Positions 8,600-16,818 of a DNA stretch of 64,000 nucleotides are shown in pieces (position 1 is the stretch's first letter; every line of letters begins with the position of its first letter). Source of the stretch: Candidatus Pacearchaeota archaeon (GTDB lineage Archaea > Nanobdellota > Nanobdellia > Pacearchaeales > GW2011-AR1); NCBI GenBank assembly GCA_018304985.1, contig JAGVWP010000003.1, positions 988 through 64,987 on the forward strand, written 5' to 3'. Both the position numbers and the translations under genes were made by a program. A model generated the notes under the pieces. It was given only the letters and a program-made list of their open reading frames with translations. It did no database searches and was not told the DNA's origin.

Positions 8600-9847
8600 A
8601 TGGTGAACAAAACTAGGAGGGTTAGTTTTAAAAATAAAAAAGTAATAATTATTTTAGTAATTCTCCTGGCAATAATTATAATTGTCTCTGCAATAATTAT
8701 TTATCTGCAAAAAGCAAATATACTAACTGGAAATGTTATTGAAAGTGTTTTTAAGTCAGATGATTTTGAGCCGTTAAGATTAACAACAGGGGGTGGTGGA
8801 AGCACTCCACAAGCTTGCCCTCATCAACAAACTATTAGGGGATATTATTATCAATGTGTTGATAGAGATTGGCAAGGTAATGCTTATTGTGATGGAGAAG
8901 TGGTATCTCAAAATATTTATACCTGTACTGATAATCAATATCCAGATTGTTGCAAAACAGAAGTGCCTTGCCTTTCTGGCCAAACTAGATGTAGTGATGG
9001 AAGCTGTAGCACAAGTTGTGGAGGAGGGGGGGGAACCAATCCTCAACCAACACAAGAATGTCCTATTAATACTATAACAACTGAAGGAGATATTTATCGA
9101 TGTATTAGAACTAATATGGCTTCTTCTTGTCGTGGTTCTGGGTTAGTAAGTTATTTTTGCGACCCACTTAAATATCCAAATGAACCTGTATGCTGTCCGA
9201 TACTTCTCCCTACAAATCCTCAACCAACACCGAGAATTGAATGCCATGGAAGTAAAACAATTGAAGGTATAACTTACACTACCTTAAGATGCGCGAGAGC
9301 AACAGCTACATCTTGCAGAACTTGGGAAGAACCAGTTAGTGGAGCTAAATGTGAGCCTGAAACACGTCTTTGCTGCGGGATAAGAGGAACGGAAACAACA
9401 AACCCTCCGCCACCACCAGAATCATTTTGTCCAAAGGGATTTACAAAATCTAGCAGTGGAACTTGTGAACAAGAATGCACTAGTGATTCGGAATGTATTA
9501 ATACTTACAAAAGTGGACATAATGACCAAGAACCAAATATGGAAACTGATTCTGTTTATTGTGTAAACAAAAATAGTAAAAATATTTGTATGAAGAAAGA
9601 AAATGTGATATGTGATAAAAGAATTTCTGGAGAGGGAACAATAATGAATGGAGAGTTATTTAATAATTTAAAATATAGTTTTATATGCGCGGCGAATAGG
9701 CGACATAATCCGCAATCAAATTGTAACAGTCATGGACGTCAAGGATATGAATATATTTCTGATATAAAATGTGATGGAATTACAATACCAATATTCGGTA
9801 CACGCCTTAGTAGAAAAGTATGTTGTGCTAATAAATTGACTAACTAA
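8600..9847 (+). CDS. secreted or anchored modular Cys-rich protein
   Basis: N-terminal TM VIIILVILLAIIIIVSAIIIY. Three Cys modules are separated by TNPQPT/TNPPPPP linkers. Two linkers share an identical 16-nt string (9038-9053 and 9215-9230). Confidence 0.6.
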   Translation: MVNKTRRVSFKNKKVIIILVILLAIIIIVSAIIIYLQKANILTGNVIESVFKSDDFEPLRLTTGGGGSTPQACPHQQTIRGYYYQCVDRDWQGNAYCDGEVVSQNIYTCTDNQYPDCCKTEVPCLSGQTRCSDGSCSTSCGGGGGTNPQPTQECPINTITTEGDIYRCIRTNMASSCRGSGLVSYFCDPLKYPNEPVCCPILLPTNPQPTPRIECHGSKTIEGITYTTLRCARATATSCRTWEEPVSGAKCEPETRLCCGIRGTETTNPPPPPESFCPKGFTKSSSGTCEQECTSDSECINTYKSGHNDQEPNMETDSVYCVNKNSKNICMKKENVICDKRISGEGTIMNGELFNNLKYSFICAANRRHNPQSNCNSHGRQGYEYISDIKCDGITIPIFGTRLSRKVCCANKLTN

Positions 9848-9988
9848 CTAATTTCCTCTTATAACCTCAATTTTTGTTCTTGAAAACTTTTAAATACTCT
9901 TTATTATTATACATATGATATTAGATAGTAATATTAATATGTAATATAATATGAATATTCATAAATAAAAACCACCAGCGAGGTTTCT

Positions 9989-10180
9989 ATGCATCCTGCA
10001 ACCAAAACAAATAAATTGTTAGAATTTGTAAAGAAAAATAAGGTAGTTACTAGTTCTGAAGTTGCCAAATACTTTAAAATTTCATGGAATACTGCTGATA
10101 AATATCTTTTAGAGTTAGTTGTAGAGAATAAAGCTGAAAGAATAAAAAAAGAAGGGGTGAATTTATGGATAGCAAGATAA
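9989..10180 (+). CDS. small winged-helix protein, overlaps the start of the downstream pilin-like gene
   Basis: 63 aa. LLEFVKKNKVVTSSEVAKYFKISWNTADKYLLELV has an HTH pattern. 16-nt overlap with 10165. Confidence 0.5.
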   Translation: MHPATKTNKLLEFVKKNKVVTSSEVAKYFKISWNTADKYLLELVVENKAERIKKEGVNLWIAR

Positions 10181-10998
10181 TTTTAAAAAATCAAAATTGG
10201 AATAAACAAGCACAGGTAACAATCTTCATTATACTTGCAATACTTCTTGTTGCGGCAATAATCTTGCTTTTTACACTTTATAGGGGACCGATAAAAACAT
10301 ATCAGGATAAGCAATCAAAAGAGCCAAATCAAAATATTCCTCAGTGTCTAACTATTGGTGTTGAAGAAGCTGTTGAAAAATTATTGGATAATGCGGGCTA
10401 TATTAATAGCGAGGATATCAGATTCAGCAAGCAATTCGGCTATAATTTGGGAGAGGAAAATGAAATTCCCTATAAAAATTACACATATTTATGCTATACA
10501 CCGAATAACTATGCAAGATGCATTCCGCAAGAACCTGTTATAATAGAGCATCTTGAAACTGAAATTCAGAATTATATTAATGAAAAAATAAAAGATTGCT
10601 TTTCTAAATTAAAACAGGAGCTAGAAAGTGAAGGGTATAAAGTTACATTAAATAATGAAATGAATTTTTCAGTTAATCTTGTTCCCGGAAGCGCAAGAAC
10701 TGCTGTTAATAGAAAAATGACAACTGAAAAATCAGGGCAGGAAAGAAAATTTACAGAATTTGTTTCAATTACTGAAAGCCCGCTTTATGATATTGCTGTT
10801 GCAACTCAAAAAATAATCGAGCAGGAAGCAAAATTCTGCAATTCAGATTATTTATTGATAATGAGAGAAAACCCCGAAATTGAAATTAATAAATTCCAAA
10901 CAGGAGATGATAATAAAATTTACACTGTCAAGCACATCAATACAGGAAAACTATGGATATTTGCTGTCAGAGGATGTGTGTTGAATACTCCGAGTTAA
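10165..10998 (+). CDS. class III signal peptide (type IV pilin-like) protein, module A
   Basis: N-terminus NKQAQVTIFIILAILLVAAIILLF ([GA]-Q followed by a hydrophobic stretch). Paralog of 15704-16504. Confidence 0.6.
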   Translation: MDSKIILKNQNWNKQAQVTIFIILAILLVAAIILLFTLYRGPIKTYQDKQSKEPNQNIPQCLTIGVEEAVEKLLDNAGYINSEDIRFSKQFGYNLGEENEIPYKNYTYLCYTPNNYARCIPQEPVIIEHLETEIQNYINEKIKDCFSKLKQELESEGYKVTLNNEMNFSVNLVPGSARTAVNRKMTTEKSGQERKFTEFVSITESPLYDIAVATQKIIEQEAKFCNSDYLLIMRENPEIEINKFQTGDDNKIYTVKHINTGKLWIFAVRGCVLNTPS

Positions 10999-11042
10999 AA
11001 TGAAATGAAAATCATAAATATATTAAATAAAAAGGAGGAAAA

Positions 11043-11144
11043 ATGAGCAAAAAAATGCGAGAGATATTATACTGGATTGCTGTAGCTGTTGCGGTAATAA
11101 CTACAATAATCTTAGTATATGGAATAATTATATCATTAATATAA
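11043..11144 (+). CDS. 33-aa single-TM micro-protein
   Basis: aggagg lies 6 nt upstream of the ATG. Translation is MSKKMREILYWIAVAVAVITTIILVYGIIISLI. Absent from the ORF track because of its size. Confidence 0.4.
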   Translation: MSKKMREILYWIAVAVAVITTIILVYGIIISLI

Positions 11145-11145
11145 A

Positions 11146-11325
11146 ATGGACATTGACTTGTTAAATTGGTGGGTAACCTTCATAAATTTTTTGATATTAG
11201 CATATATTTCAATTAATATAGTTAATACTCAATGTTTTAATACATTTCAAACAATATTATCTATCATTGGACTAGTTGGTTCTATTTTAGTCTTAATTAT
11301 CTCAATAGTATTAAGTAAAACATAA
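11146..11325 (+). CDS. 59-aa two-TM micro-protein
   Basis: Its ATG lies 1 nt after the preceding stop. Translation is MDIDLLNWWVTFINFLILAYISINIV...IIGLVGSILVLIISIVL. Confidence 0.35.
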   Translation: MDIDLLNWWVTFINFLILAYISINIVNTQCFNTFQTILSIIGLVGSILVLIISIVLSKT

Positions 11326-11333
11326 ATTCAAAA

Positions 11334-12680
11334 ATGAAAATAATAAACAGTAAGCTAGATAGAAAATCATATAAAAGTTTTGAAAATGTAGAAACGAATA
11401 AATCTACTAAGTTATTGAGTAATAAATTTAAGTTAAGTAATAATTCATTAGCTAATAATCCTAAACTAAATTGTGATAATAAAGTTAAGTTAATAGATGT
11501 TCGTAATGATTCAAGATTATCTAATTTAGCCAGCGTTTCTAGAGATTCAAGAACATTATTTATACTATCAATATTTGAGATAACATTACTAGTTTTAACT
11601 ACCTTCTCATTTTCATGGATGATTGGAAATACTAATTCCAATAATAACAACATACCTTATGATGATTTAAATAAAAATATTTTTGGCAGTTTAATTAAAG
11701 AACTTATTAATTTCATAGATATTATTCCAAGTGTTTCAGCGCAAACTCCTTCTGGAGTAAGCTGCTGCATTAATTCTCAAAGTGGCAATTCGTGCAGGGA
11801 ATTTCCAAGTTCGGAATGCGGCAATGAATGTGATGGAACTTGCCTGCCAACAAGTTGCGGTGAAACAACTCAATGCAAGGCAGGATGCTGTTATGATAAA
11901 GACGAAGGTTTATGCGATCCAAATAGTTTAAAACAGCAATGCGAGTCAAGAGTTAATGGAAATTGGATTGATGCGCCTTTTTGCGAGACAGCTGAATGCG
12001 CAAAGGGCTGCTGTGTTTTAGGATTTAGTTCGCAGTTTGTAACAGAACAGAGATGCACAAAACTATCGCAACTAGAAGGAATGCAAATGAATTTTAAACC
12101 AGAAATTACAGATGAATTAAGCTGTTTGGGAATTGCAAATTCTGAAAAAACAGGAGCTTGTGTTTATGGAGAGGAAATAGCTGAAGAAAATAATAAGAGA
12201 AACTGCAAATTTACAACAAAACAGGATTGCGATTCCATACCTGGAGACTTTAATGAAGGCAAACTTTGTTCAAATACCGCGTTAAATACTGTTTGTGAAA
12301 AGCAAAGCTCAACAAATTGTTTAGAAGGAAGAGATGAGATTTATTGGTTTGACAGCTGCGGAAATGTTGAAAATATTTACAGTTCTGACAAGCAAAGGGC
12401 TTGGAATAATGGATTAGTGTTAAGTGAATCGCAATCATGCAATCCTAATTCAAATAATGCTGGAAGTTCAACATGCGGAAATTGCGATTATAATTTGGGA
12501 AGTATTTGCGGAAAGTTCAGGCCTGGAATTGATGATGGAAATTTAGAAGGATATACATGCAGAGATTTGAATTGCAAGAATTTAAAAAAAGAAGTGAGTG
12601 ATAAGAGTACAAGAATAAATGGAGAATCATGGTGTGTTTATGATGGAATACTGGAGATTCTGTTTTGTCAAATATTATAG
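11334..12680 (+). CDS. giant Cys-rich membrane/surface protein, module A, N-terminal part (frameshifted near 12645)
   Basis: Paralog of 16819-18912 (GCCYD, GCCVLG, DSCGN..NIY, CGNCDY, GESWCVYD). The homologous sequence continues in another frame after GESWCVYD. Confidence 0.65.
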   Translation: MKIINSKLDRKSYKSFENVETNKSTKLLSNKFKLSNNSLANNPKLNCDNKVKLIDVRNDSRLSNLASVSRDSRTLFILSIFEITLLVLTTFSFSWMIGNTNSNNNNIPYDDLNKNIFGSLIKELINFIDIIPSVSAQTPSGVSCCINSQSGNSCREFPSSECGNECDGTCLPTSCGETTQCKAGCCYDKDEGLCDPNSLKQQCESRVNGNWIDAPFCETAECAKGCCVLGFSSQFVTEQRCTKLSQLEGMQMNFKPEITDELSCLGIANSEKTGACVYGEEIAEENNKRNCKFTTKQDCDSIPGDFNEGKLCSNTALNTVCEKQSSTNCLEGRDEIYWFDSCGNVENIYSSDKQRAWNNGLVLSESQSCNPNSNNAGSSTCGNCDYNLGSICGKFRPGIDDGNLEGYTCRDLNCKNLKKEVSDKSTRINGESWCVYDGILEILFCQIL

Positions 12681-15466
12681 GAAGACCTGTTTCGTCGAAT
12701 AGTAAAATTGATATTATGAGCACTGATTTAGTTGGAAGCCGTCATTTTAGATATGTTTGTGAAAACGGGGAGGTGGTAAGCGAACCATGCGCTGATTATA
12801 GAAAAGAAGTTTGTGTCCAGAATGAAAAATCTTTAAGCAATAGCAAAAAAATTGACGAGGCAATTTGCAGGGTAAATTTATGGGAGCAGTGTATTTCTGC
12901 AAATAGTGATGTTATTGGAAGTTTAACAGGAATTGGATGTGGGCCTAGTTGCATACAAAAATGCAATTCAAATCCTGACTGCAGGTTGCAAGTAACATAC
13001 GTTGATGAATTTTTTAGATTTGCAACTTGTGTCCCTCGTTATCCTCCTGGTCTTGATTTAAGTTCAACAAGTGGAATTGGAAGCATGGCACAAGGATATG
13101 CTTCTGGAATTGCTCAAAGTTATTTATCTGATTCAATTGGAGGAAGCATTGCATCAGGCACTTTAAGCAGCCTTGGCAATAATGGAGGAACAGATGCTTC
13201 CCAAGTATGTGACCTTGCATCGAAAACTTGTAAAGTTACTTATGTAAAAGCATGTTTTGGAGGTGGTTGGAAATGTGTAAATAATTGTGAATGCCAAGAA
13301 TCTTCATTCACAATACAAATGAGCAACTTATGTTCGAGCTTAGGAGATTGTGGGATAAAATCAAATATAGCAGGAAGAGTTACTTTAGGAGGAGCATTTA
13401 TTATGAAAAGGGGAAGTAAAGGCCATGCGCCTCCACAGCCATTTATAATGCTTCCTTTCCATTTGTGGATTGCAACACTTCAGGCAAAAATACAATCTGG
13501 AGGATTTTTTAAAGAGCAAGAAAATATTTTAGAATTAGCAGGGCAAGGGCTTTCTGATCCTTTTCTTGCGATTACAAGTGGTGCTCTGTCAGGAGTTAAT
13601 TTAATGACTCCAAACATTCCTGAATATGGGGGATTTAGTGCTGGGGGTGCTGCTGGGGGTGCTGCCGCAGGAGCAGCAATCGGCTCTTTTATTCCAGGGG
13701 TAGGAACAATTATTGGAGCAGTTTTAGGAGCAGTTCTCGGCGGCTTTTTCGAAGATATTTTAGCAGCGCTTTTCGGTTGTGGAAAAGTTAAAGAAGTAAA
13801 AATATCTTATAACTGCCAGCCATGGCAGAGGCCTAGCGGGGATGGAAGAACAGTAATAAGCAGGATTTTAGAGCGATTTGAAAGAGATGAAAATGGATTA
13901 ATAGCAAGACTTAATACTAAAAAAGGCTGCGAGTTTTGCAATAATGACAAGTTAAAACCTTGCACAAAATATAGATGTGAGAGCCTGGGTATGCGATGTA
14001 AATTAATTAATGAAGGAACAGGGCAAGATACTTGCATTACAGATAGTCAAGCAACTGGAATACCTATAATAACTCCGTGGGAGGAAGTATTGAATAAAAC
14101 ACTTTTCAGCTACCAAGATGTAAGTAACAATGGATTTAGAGTTAGAACAGCTGGCAATGATTGCATTGAAGCATTTACTATTTTATCATTTGGAGTAAAA
14201 ACAGATGTATTTTCTCAGTGCAGATGGAGCATGGATAATAATATTACAGAGTTTGATGAAATGATGCCTTTCTTAGAACAGAATTTATTTACTAAAAATC
14301 ATTCTTTAATCAGTATTTTACCGAGTGTTGAAAGTATTATTGCAAGCGAGACAGGAAATTCTGAAGAATTCCAACAAGCAATTGCAAATCCAGATATTTA
14401 CAATCCAATATTAAATCAAATTGGGGATTTGAATATTCATGTTAAATGCGCAAATATCGACGGCAAGACAAATGATCAGAATTACAGGATTAATTTCTGT
14501 GTTAAACCAGGACCTGATTTAACTCCCCCAGTTGTATACGCAACAACTCCTCCTGAAAATGCAATTGTTGCTTTAAATGCAACACAGCAAGAAGCAATAT
14601 TTTTTATTAATGAACCTAGTGAATGTAGAATAGATGTGATAAAACCGAGTTCAACAAATATGCAAGATGCTTACTTTAATTTAAGCAATTCAATGAGTTG
14701 TGAAACAGATGTTTTTGCAGGAACGCTTTTAGGTTTTCCTTGCAATGCAACTTTGCCATTAGCAACAGGCAATGAAATCAAATTTTATATTTTATGCAGA
14801 GACCAGCCTTGGCTTGGAGAAAATAATTCAAGAAATTTCGGAGCAAAAGAGGGAGGAGTTTATGAATATAAATTGCAAAGAAGCCCAAGCGAATTAAAAA
14901 TAACTTCAGTTTCTCCAAGCGGGGTAATAACTCGTGGAGCAGAGCCAATAAGCATTGAATTAGAAGCAATAACATCTGGAGGAGGTTATAATGGAATTGC
15001 GAGTTGCGAGTTTGAAGGAAGGGATCAAAATGGAAATACATGGGGAGATAATTTTCCTGAAACAGCAACTTCACATAAGTATTTGCTTAGTCAGATGAGA
15101 AGAGGAAATTATACAGTTAATGTTAAATGTTTGGATGCTGCTGGAAATTATGCAGAAAATTCAACAAGTTTTAATTTAATGCTTGATACTCAATATCCAA
15201 GCGTAACAAGAATTTATTATCAATCTGGAGATTTAACTGTTTTAACTGATGAAGATGCTACCTGCGCTTATAGCAATGATAATAATTCAACAACCTGCGG
15301 TTATGATTTTGAAACAGCAAGCAAGATGAATGGAAATTCAAGAGAACATAGTATTGTGTGGGATGTGAACAGCACATTTTACATAAAATGCGCTGATATC
15401 TGGGGAAACAAGCCAGGAAGCTGCTCAATAATTGCAAAGCCGAATAATGTTGCAGGAGTCAGGTAA
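12665..15466 (+). CDS. giant Cys-rich membrane/surface protein, module A, C-terminal part (open from 12644)
   Basis: LVGSRHFRYVC matches SVGSRYFRHLC in 16819-18912. The distal part (CQPWQRPSG, CTKYRCESLGMRCKLINEGT, PDLTPP, TDEDATCAYS) matches 19455-21845. Confidence 0.65.
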   Translation: MSNIIGRPVSSNSKIDIMSTDLVGSRHFRYVCENGEVVSEPCADYRKEVCVQNEKSLSNSKKIDEAICRVNLWEQCISANSDVIGSLTGIGCGPSCIQKCNSNPDCRLQVTYVDEFFRFATCVPRYPPGLDLSSTSGIGSMAQGYASGIAQSYLSDSIGGSIASGTLSSLGNNGGTDASQVCDLASKTCKVTYVKACFGGGWKCVNNCECQESSFTIQMSNLCSSLGDCGIKSNIAGRVTLGGAFIMKRGSKGHAPPQPFIMLPFHLWIATLQAKIQSGGFFKEQENILELAGQGLSDPFLAITSGALSGVNLMTPNIPEYGGFSAGGAAGGAAAGAAIGSFIPGVGTIIGAVLGAVLGGFFEDILAALFGCGKVKEVKISYNCQPWQRPSGDGRTVISRILERFERDENGLIARLNTKKGCEFCNNDKLKPCTKYRCESLGMRCKLINEGTGQDTCITDSQATGIPIITPWEEVLNKTLFSYQDVSNNGFRVRTAGNDCIEAFTILSFGVKTDVFSQCRWSMDNNITEFDEMMPFLEQNLFTKNHSLISILPSVESIIASETGNSEEFQQAIANPDIYNPILNQIGDLNIHVKCANIDGKTNDQNYRINFCVKPGPDLTPPVVYATTPPENAIVALNATQQEAIFFINEPSECRIDVIKPSSTNMQDAYFNLSNSMSCETDVFAGTLLGFPCNATLPLATGNEIKFYILCRDQPWLGENNSRNFGAKEGGVYEYKLQRSPSELKITSVSPSGVITRGAEPISIELEAITSGGGYNGIASCEFEGRDQNGNTWGDNFPETATSHKYLLSQMRRGNYTVNVKCLDAAGNYAENSTSFNLMLDTQYPSVTRIYYQSGDLTVLTDEDATCAYSNDNNSTTCGYDFETASKMNGNSREHSIVWDVNSTFYIKCADIWGNKPGSCSIIAKPNNVAGVR

Positions 15467-15576
15467 ATTAAAATATAATATATGAAAAATGAACAAATAG
15501 TGCTTAAAAGTAGATAAAAATATCCCTTTACTATATAGAAAAGTTTAAAAAACTGGTATCGACGAACTAAAAATTA

Positions 15577-15598
15577 TTCGTTCGCATTTTAGAACGAA
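15577..15598. promoter_or_regulatory. perfect 7-bp inverted repeat between modules A and B
   Basis: TTCGTTC-gcatttta-GAACGAA. ttattcgtt recurs at about 15607. Confidence 0.2.
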
Positions 15599-15703
15599 AA
15601 ATTAACTTATTCGTTTCCCTTTCAGAACTAACAAATTCAACATGGAAATGAAACAAAACTACAATATATTTATAAACAAAAATAGCTTTGGAAAAAGAGG
15701 AAC

Positions 15704-16504
15704 ATGACTAAGTTTAAAAAGAGGTTAGATAAGAAAGGTCAAATCACGATATTTGTAATAATTGCAATTGTTATAATTGCTGCTGTGATTTTATTTTTTA
15801 CTTTAACACAGCAAGGCAAAAATATTGTCCAGCAGGTTACAGGTTCTGAAGCAGCTTTAGATGTTGTTGGAGAAATAACGAATTGTATTGAGAATAATGA
15901 AGAAATAAATAACAAAATTGCTTTAATAACAAGCCAAGGCGGAAGTATTGCTCCTGAAAATTATATTTTATATAATAATTCTAAAGTTGAGTATCTTTGT
16001 TATTCTAGTGATTATTTGAAAACATGTTATATGCAACAGCCTTTATTGTTGCAGCACATAACACAGGAACTGCAGAATGCTGTGAGGACTGATGTTGAAA
16101 GCTGTTTTGCTAAAGAAAAAGAGCTTTTAGAAAGCAGAGGATATAATGTTAATTTAGGAAGAATAAATTTTTCTTTGGAAATTACTCCCGACAATTTAGT
16201 ATTTAACATTAATACCCCAATGACAATAACTAAAACAAACAGCCAGACATTCAAAGATTTTACAATCAGGAAGAATAGCGGTTTATATCAGTTAATTATG
16301 TTAAGCACGTCAATACTTAATTTTGAAGCAAGATACGGAGATAGTGATCCTGCATTATATATGACGCTTTATCCAAGCGTGAGAGTTGAAAAACAAAGAA
16401 AAAGCGGCGGCAGCAAGGTATATATTTTATCAGACCGAGATACTAATGAAGTATTCATGTTCGCAAGCAAAAGCTTGGCTTGGCCGCCGGGTTATAAATT
16501 ATAA
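15704..16504 (+). CDS. class III signal peptide (type IV pilin-like) protein, module B
   Basis: N-terminus KKGQITIFVIIAIVIIAAVILFF. Paralog of 10165-10998. Confidence 0.6.
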   Translation: MTKFKKRLDKKGQITIFVIIAIVIIAAVILFFTLTQQGKNIVQQVTGSEAALDVVGEITNCIENNEEINNKIALITSQGGSIAPENYILYNNSKVEYLCYSSDYLKTCYMQQPLLLQHITQELQNAVRTDVESCFAKEKELLESRGYNVNLGRINFSLEITPDNLVFNINTPMTITKTNSQTFKDFTIRKNSGLYQLIMLSTSILNFEARYGDSDPALYMTLYPSVRVEKQRKSGGSKVYILSDRDTNEVFMFASKSLAWPPGYKL

Positions 16505-16582
16505 AAAGAACCAATATGTTAAGTTTAACTTAACATCAAGATTATATAATCTTAATGGTTCTTCTTATGACATCTCCTTAAG
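16505..16582 (+). repeat. family-1 hairpin repeat with a 39-nt insertion in the loop
   Basis: aaaagaaccaat[atgttaagtttaacttaacatcaagattatataatctta]atggttcttcttatgacatctcc. Confidence 0.6.
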
Positions 16583-16725
16583 GAGAAAAAGAATGAAAAT
16601 GGAAAATAAAATAGTAAATAAAAAAAGAAAAAGTAACATAAAAGCAATGCGTCTCGTCGTCCTAAATGATAATCAAAACTTATATTTAAATCTTTCTATT
16701 TGTAAAAGAGCTAACATTAATATTT

Positions 16726-16797
16726 GGGCTGGTAGCATAATGGCTAATGCGTCTCGTCGTCGCCGAGAACATCGGAGTTCGATTCTCCGCCAGTCCA
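16726..16797 (+). tRNA. tRNA, anticodon GUC (Asp) by manual fold, with non-canonical C33
   Basis: Acceptor GGGCUGG/CCAGUCC, D arm GCAU-AAUGGCUA-AUGC, anticodon arm UCUCG-UCGUCGC-CGAGA, T arm CGGAG-UUCGAUU-CUCCG, discriminator A. 72 nt, no encoded CCA. Confidence 0.6.
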
Positions 16798-16818
16798 ACG
16801 CGACGATTTAAAAATAAA

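Noticed and set aside
9026-9033. G8 homopolymer in the Cys-rich surface gene (with G7 runs at 24140 and 19315) as phase-variation slip sites
   Set aside because: Similar G runs encoding Gly-Gly also occur in housekeeping genes (e.g. rps8 at about 63747), so they reflect codon choice for glycine pairs. There is no evidence of length heterogeneity from a single sequence.
16386-16818. Tracked ORFs 16386-16811 and the 16747 start of the giant gene
   Set aside because: They read straight through the tRNA (16726-16797) and the family-1 repeat. The downstream ATG at 16819 reproduces the leader of the paralogous gene. These are spurious extensions.
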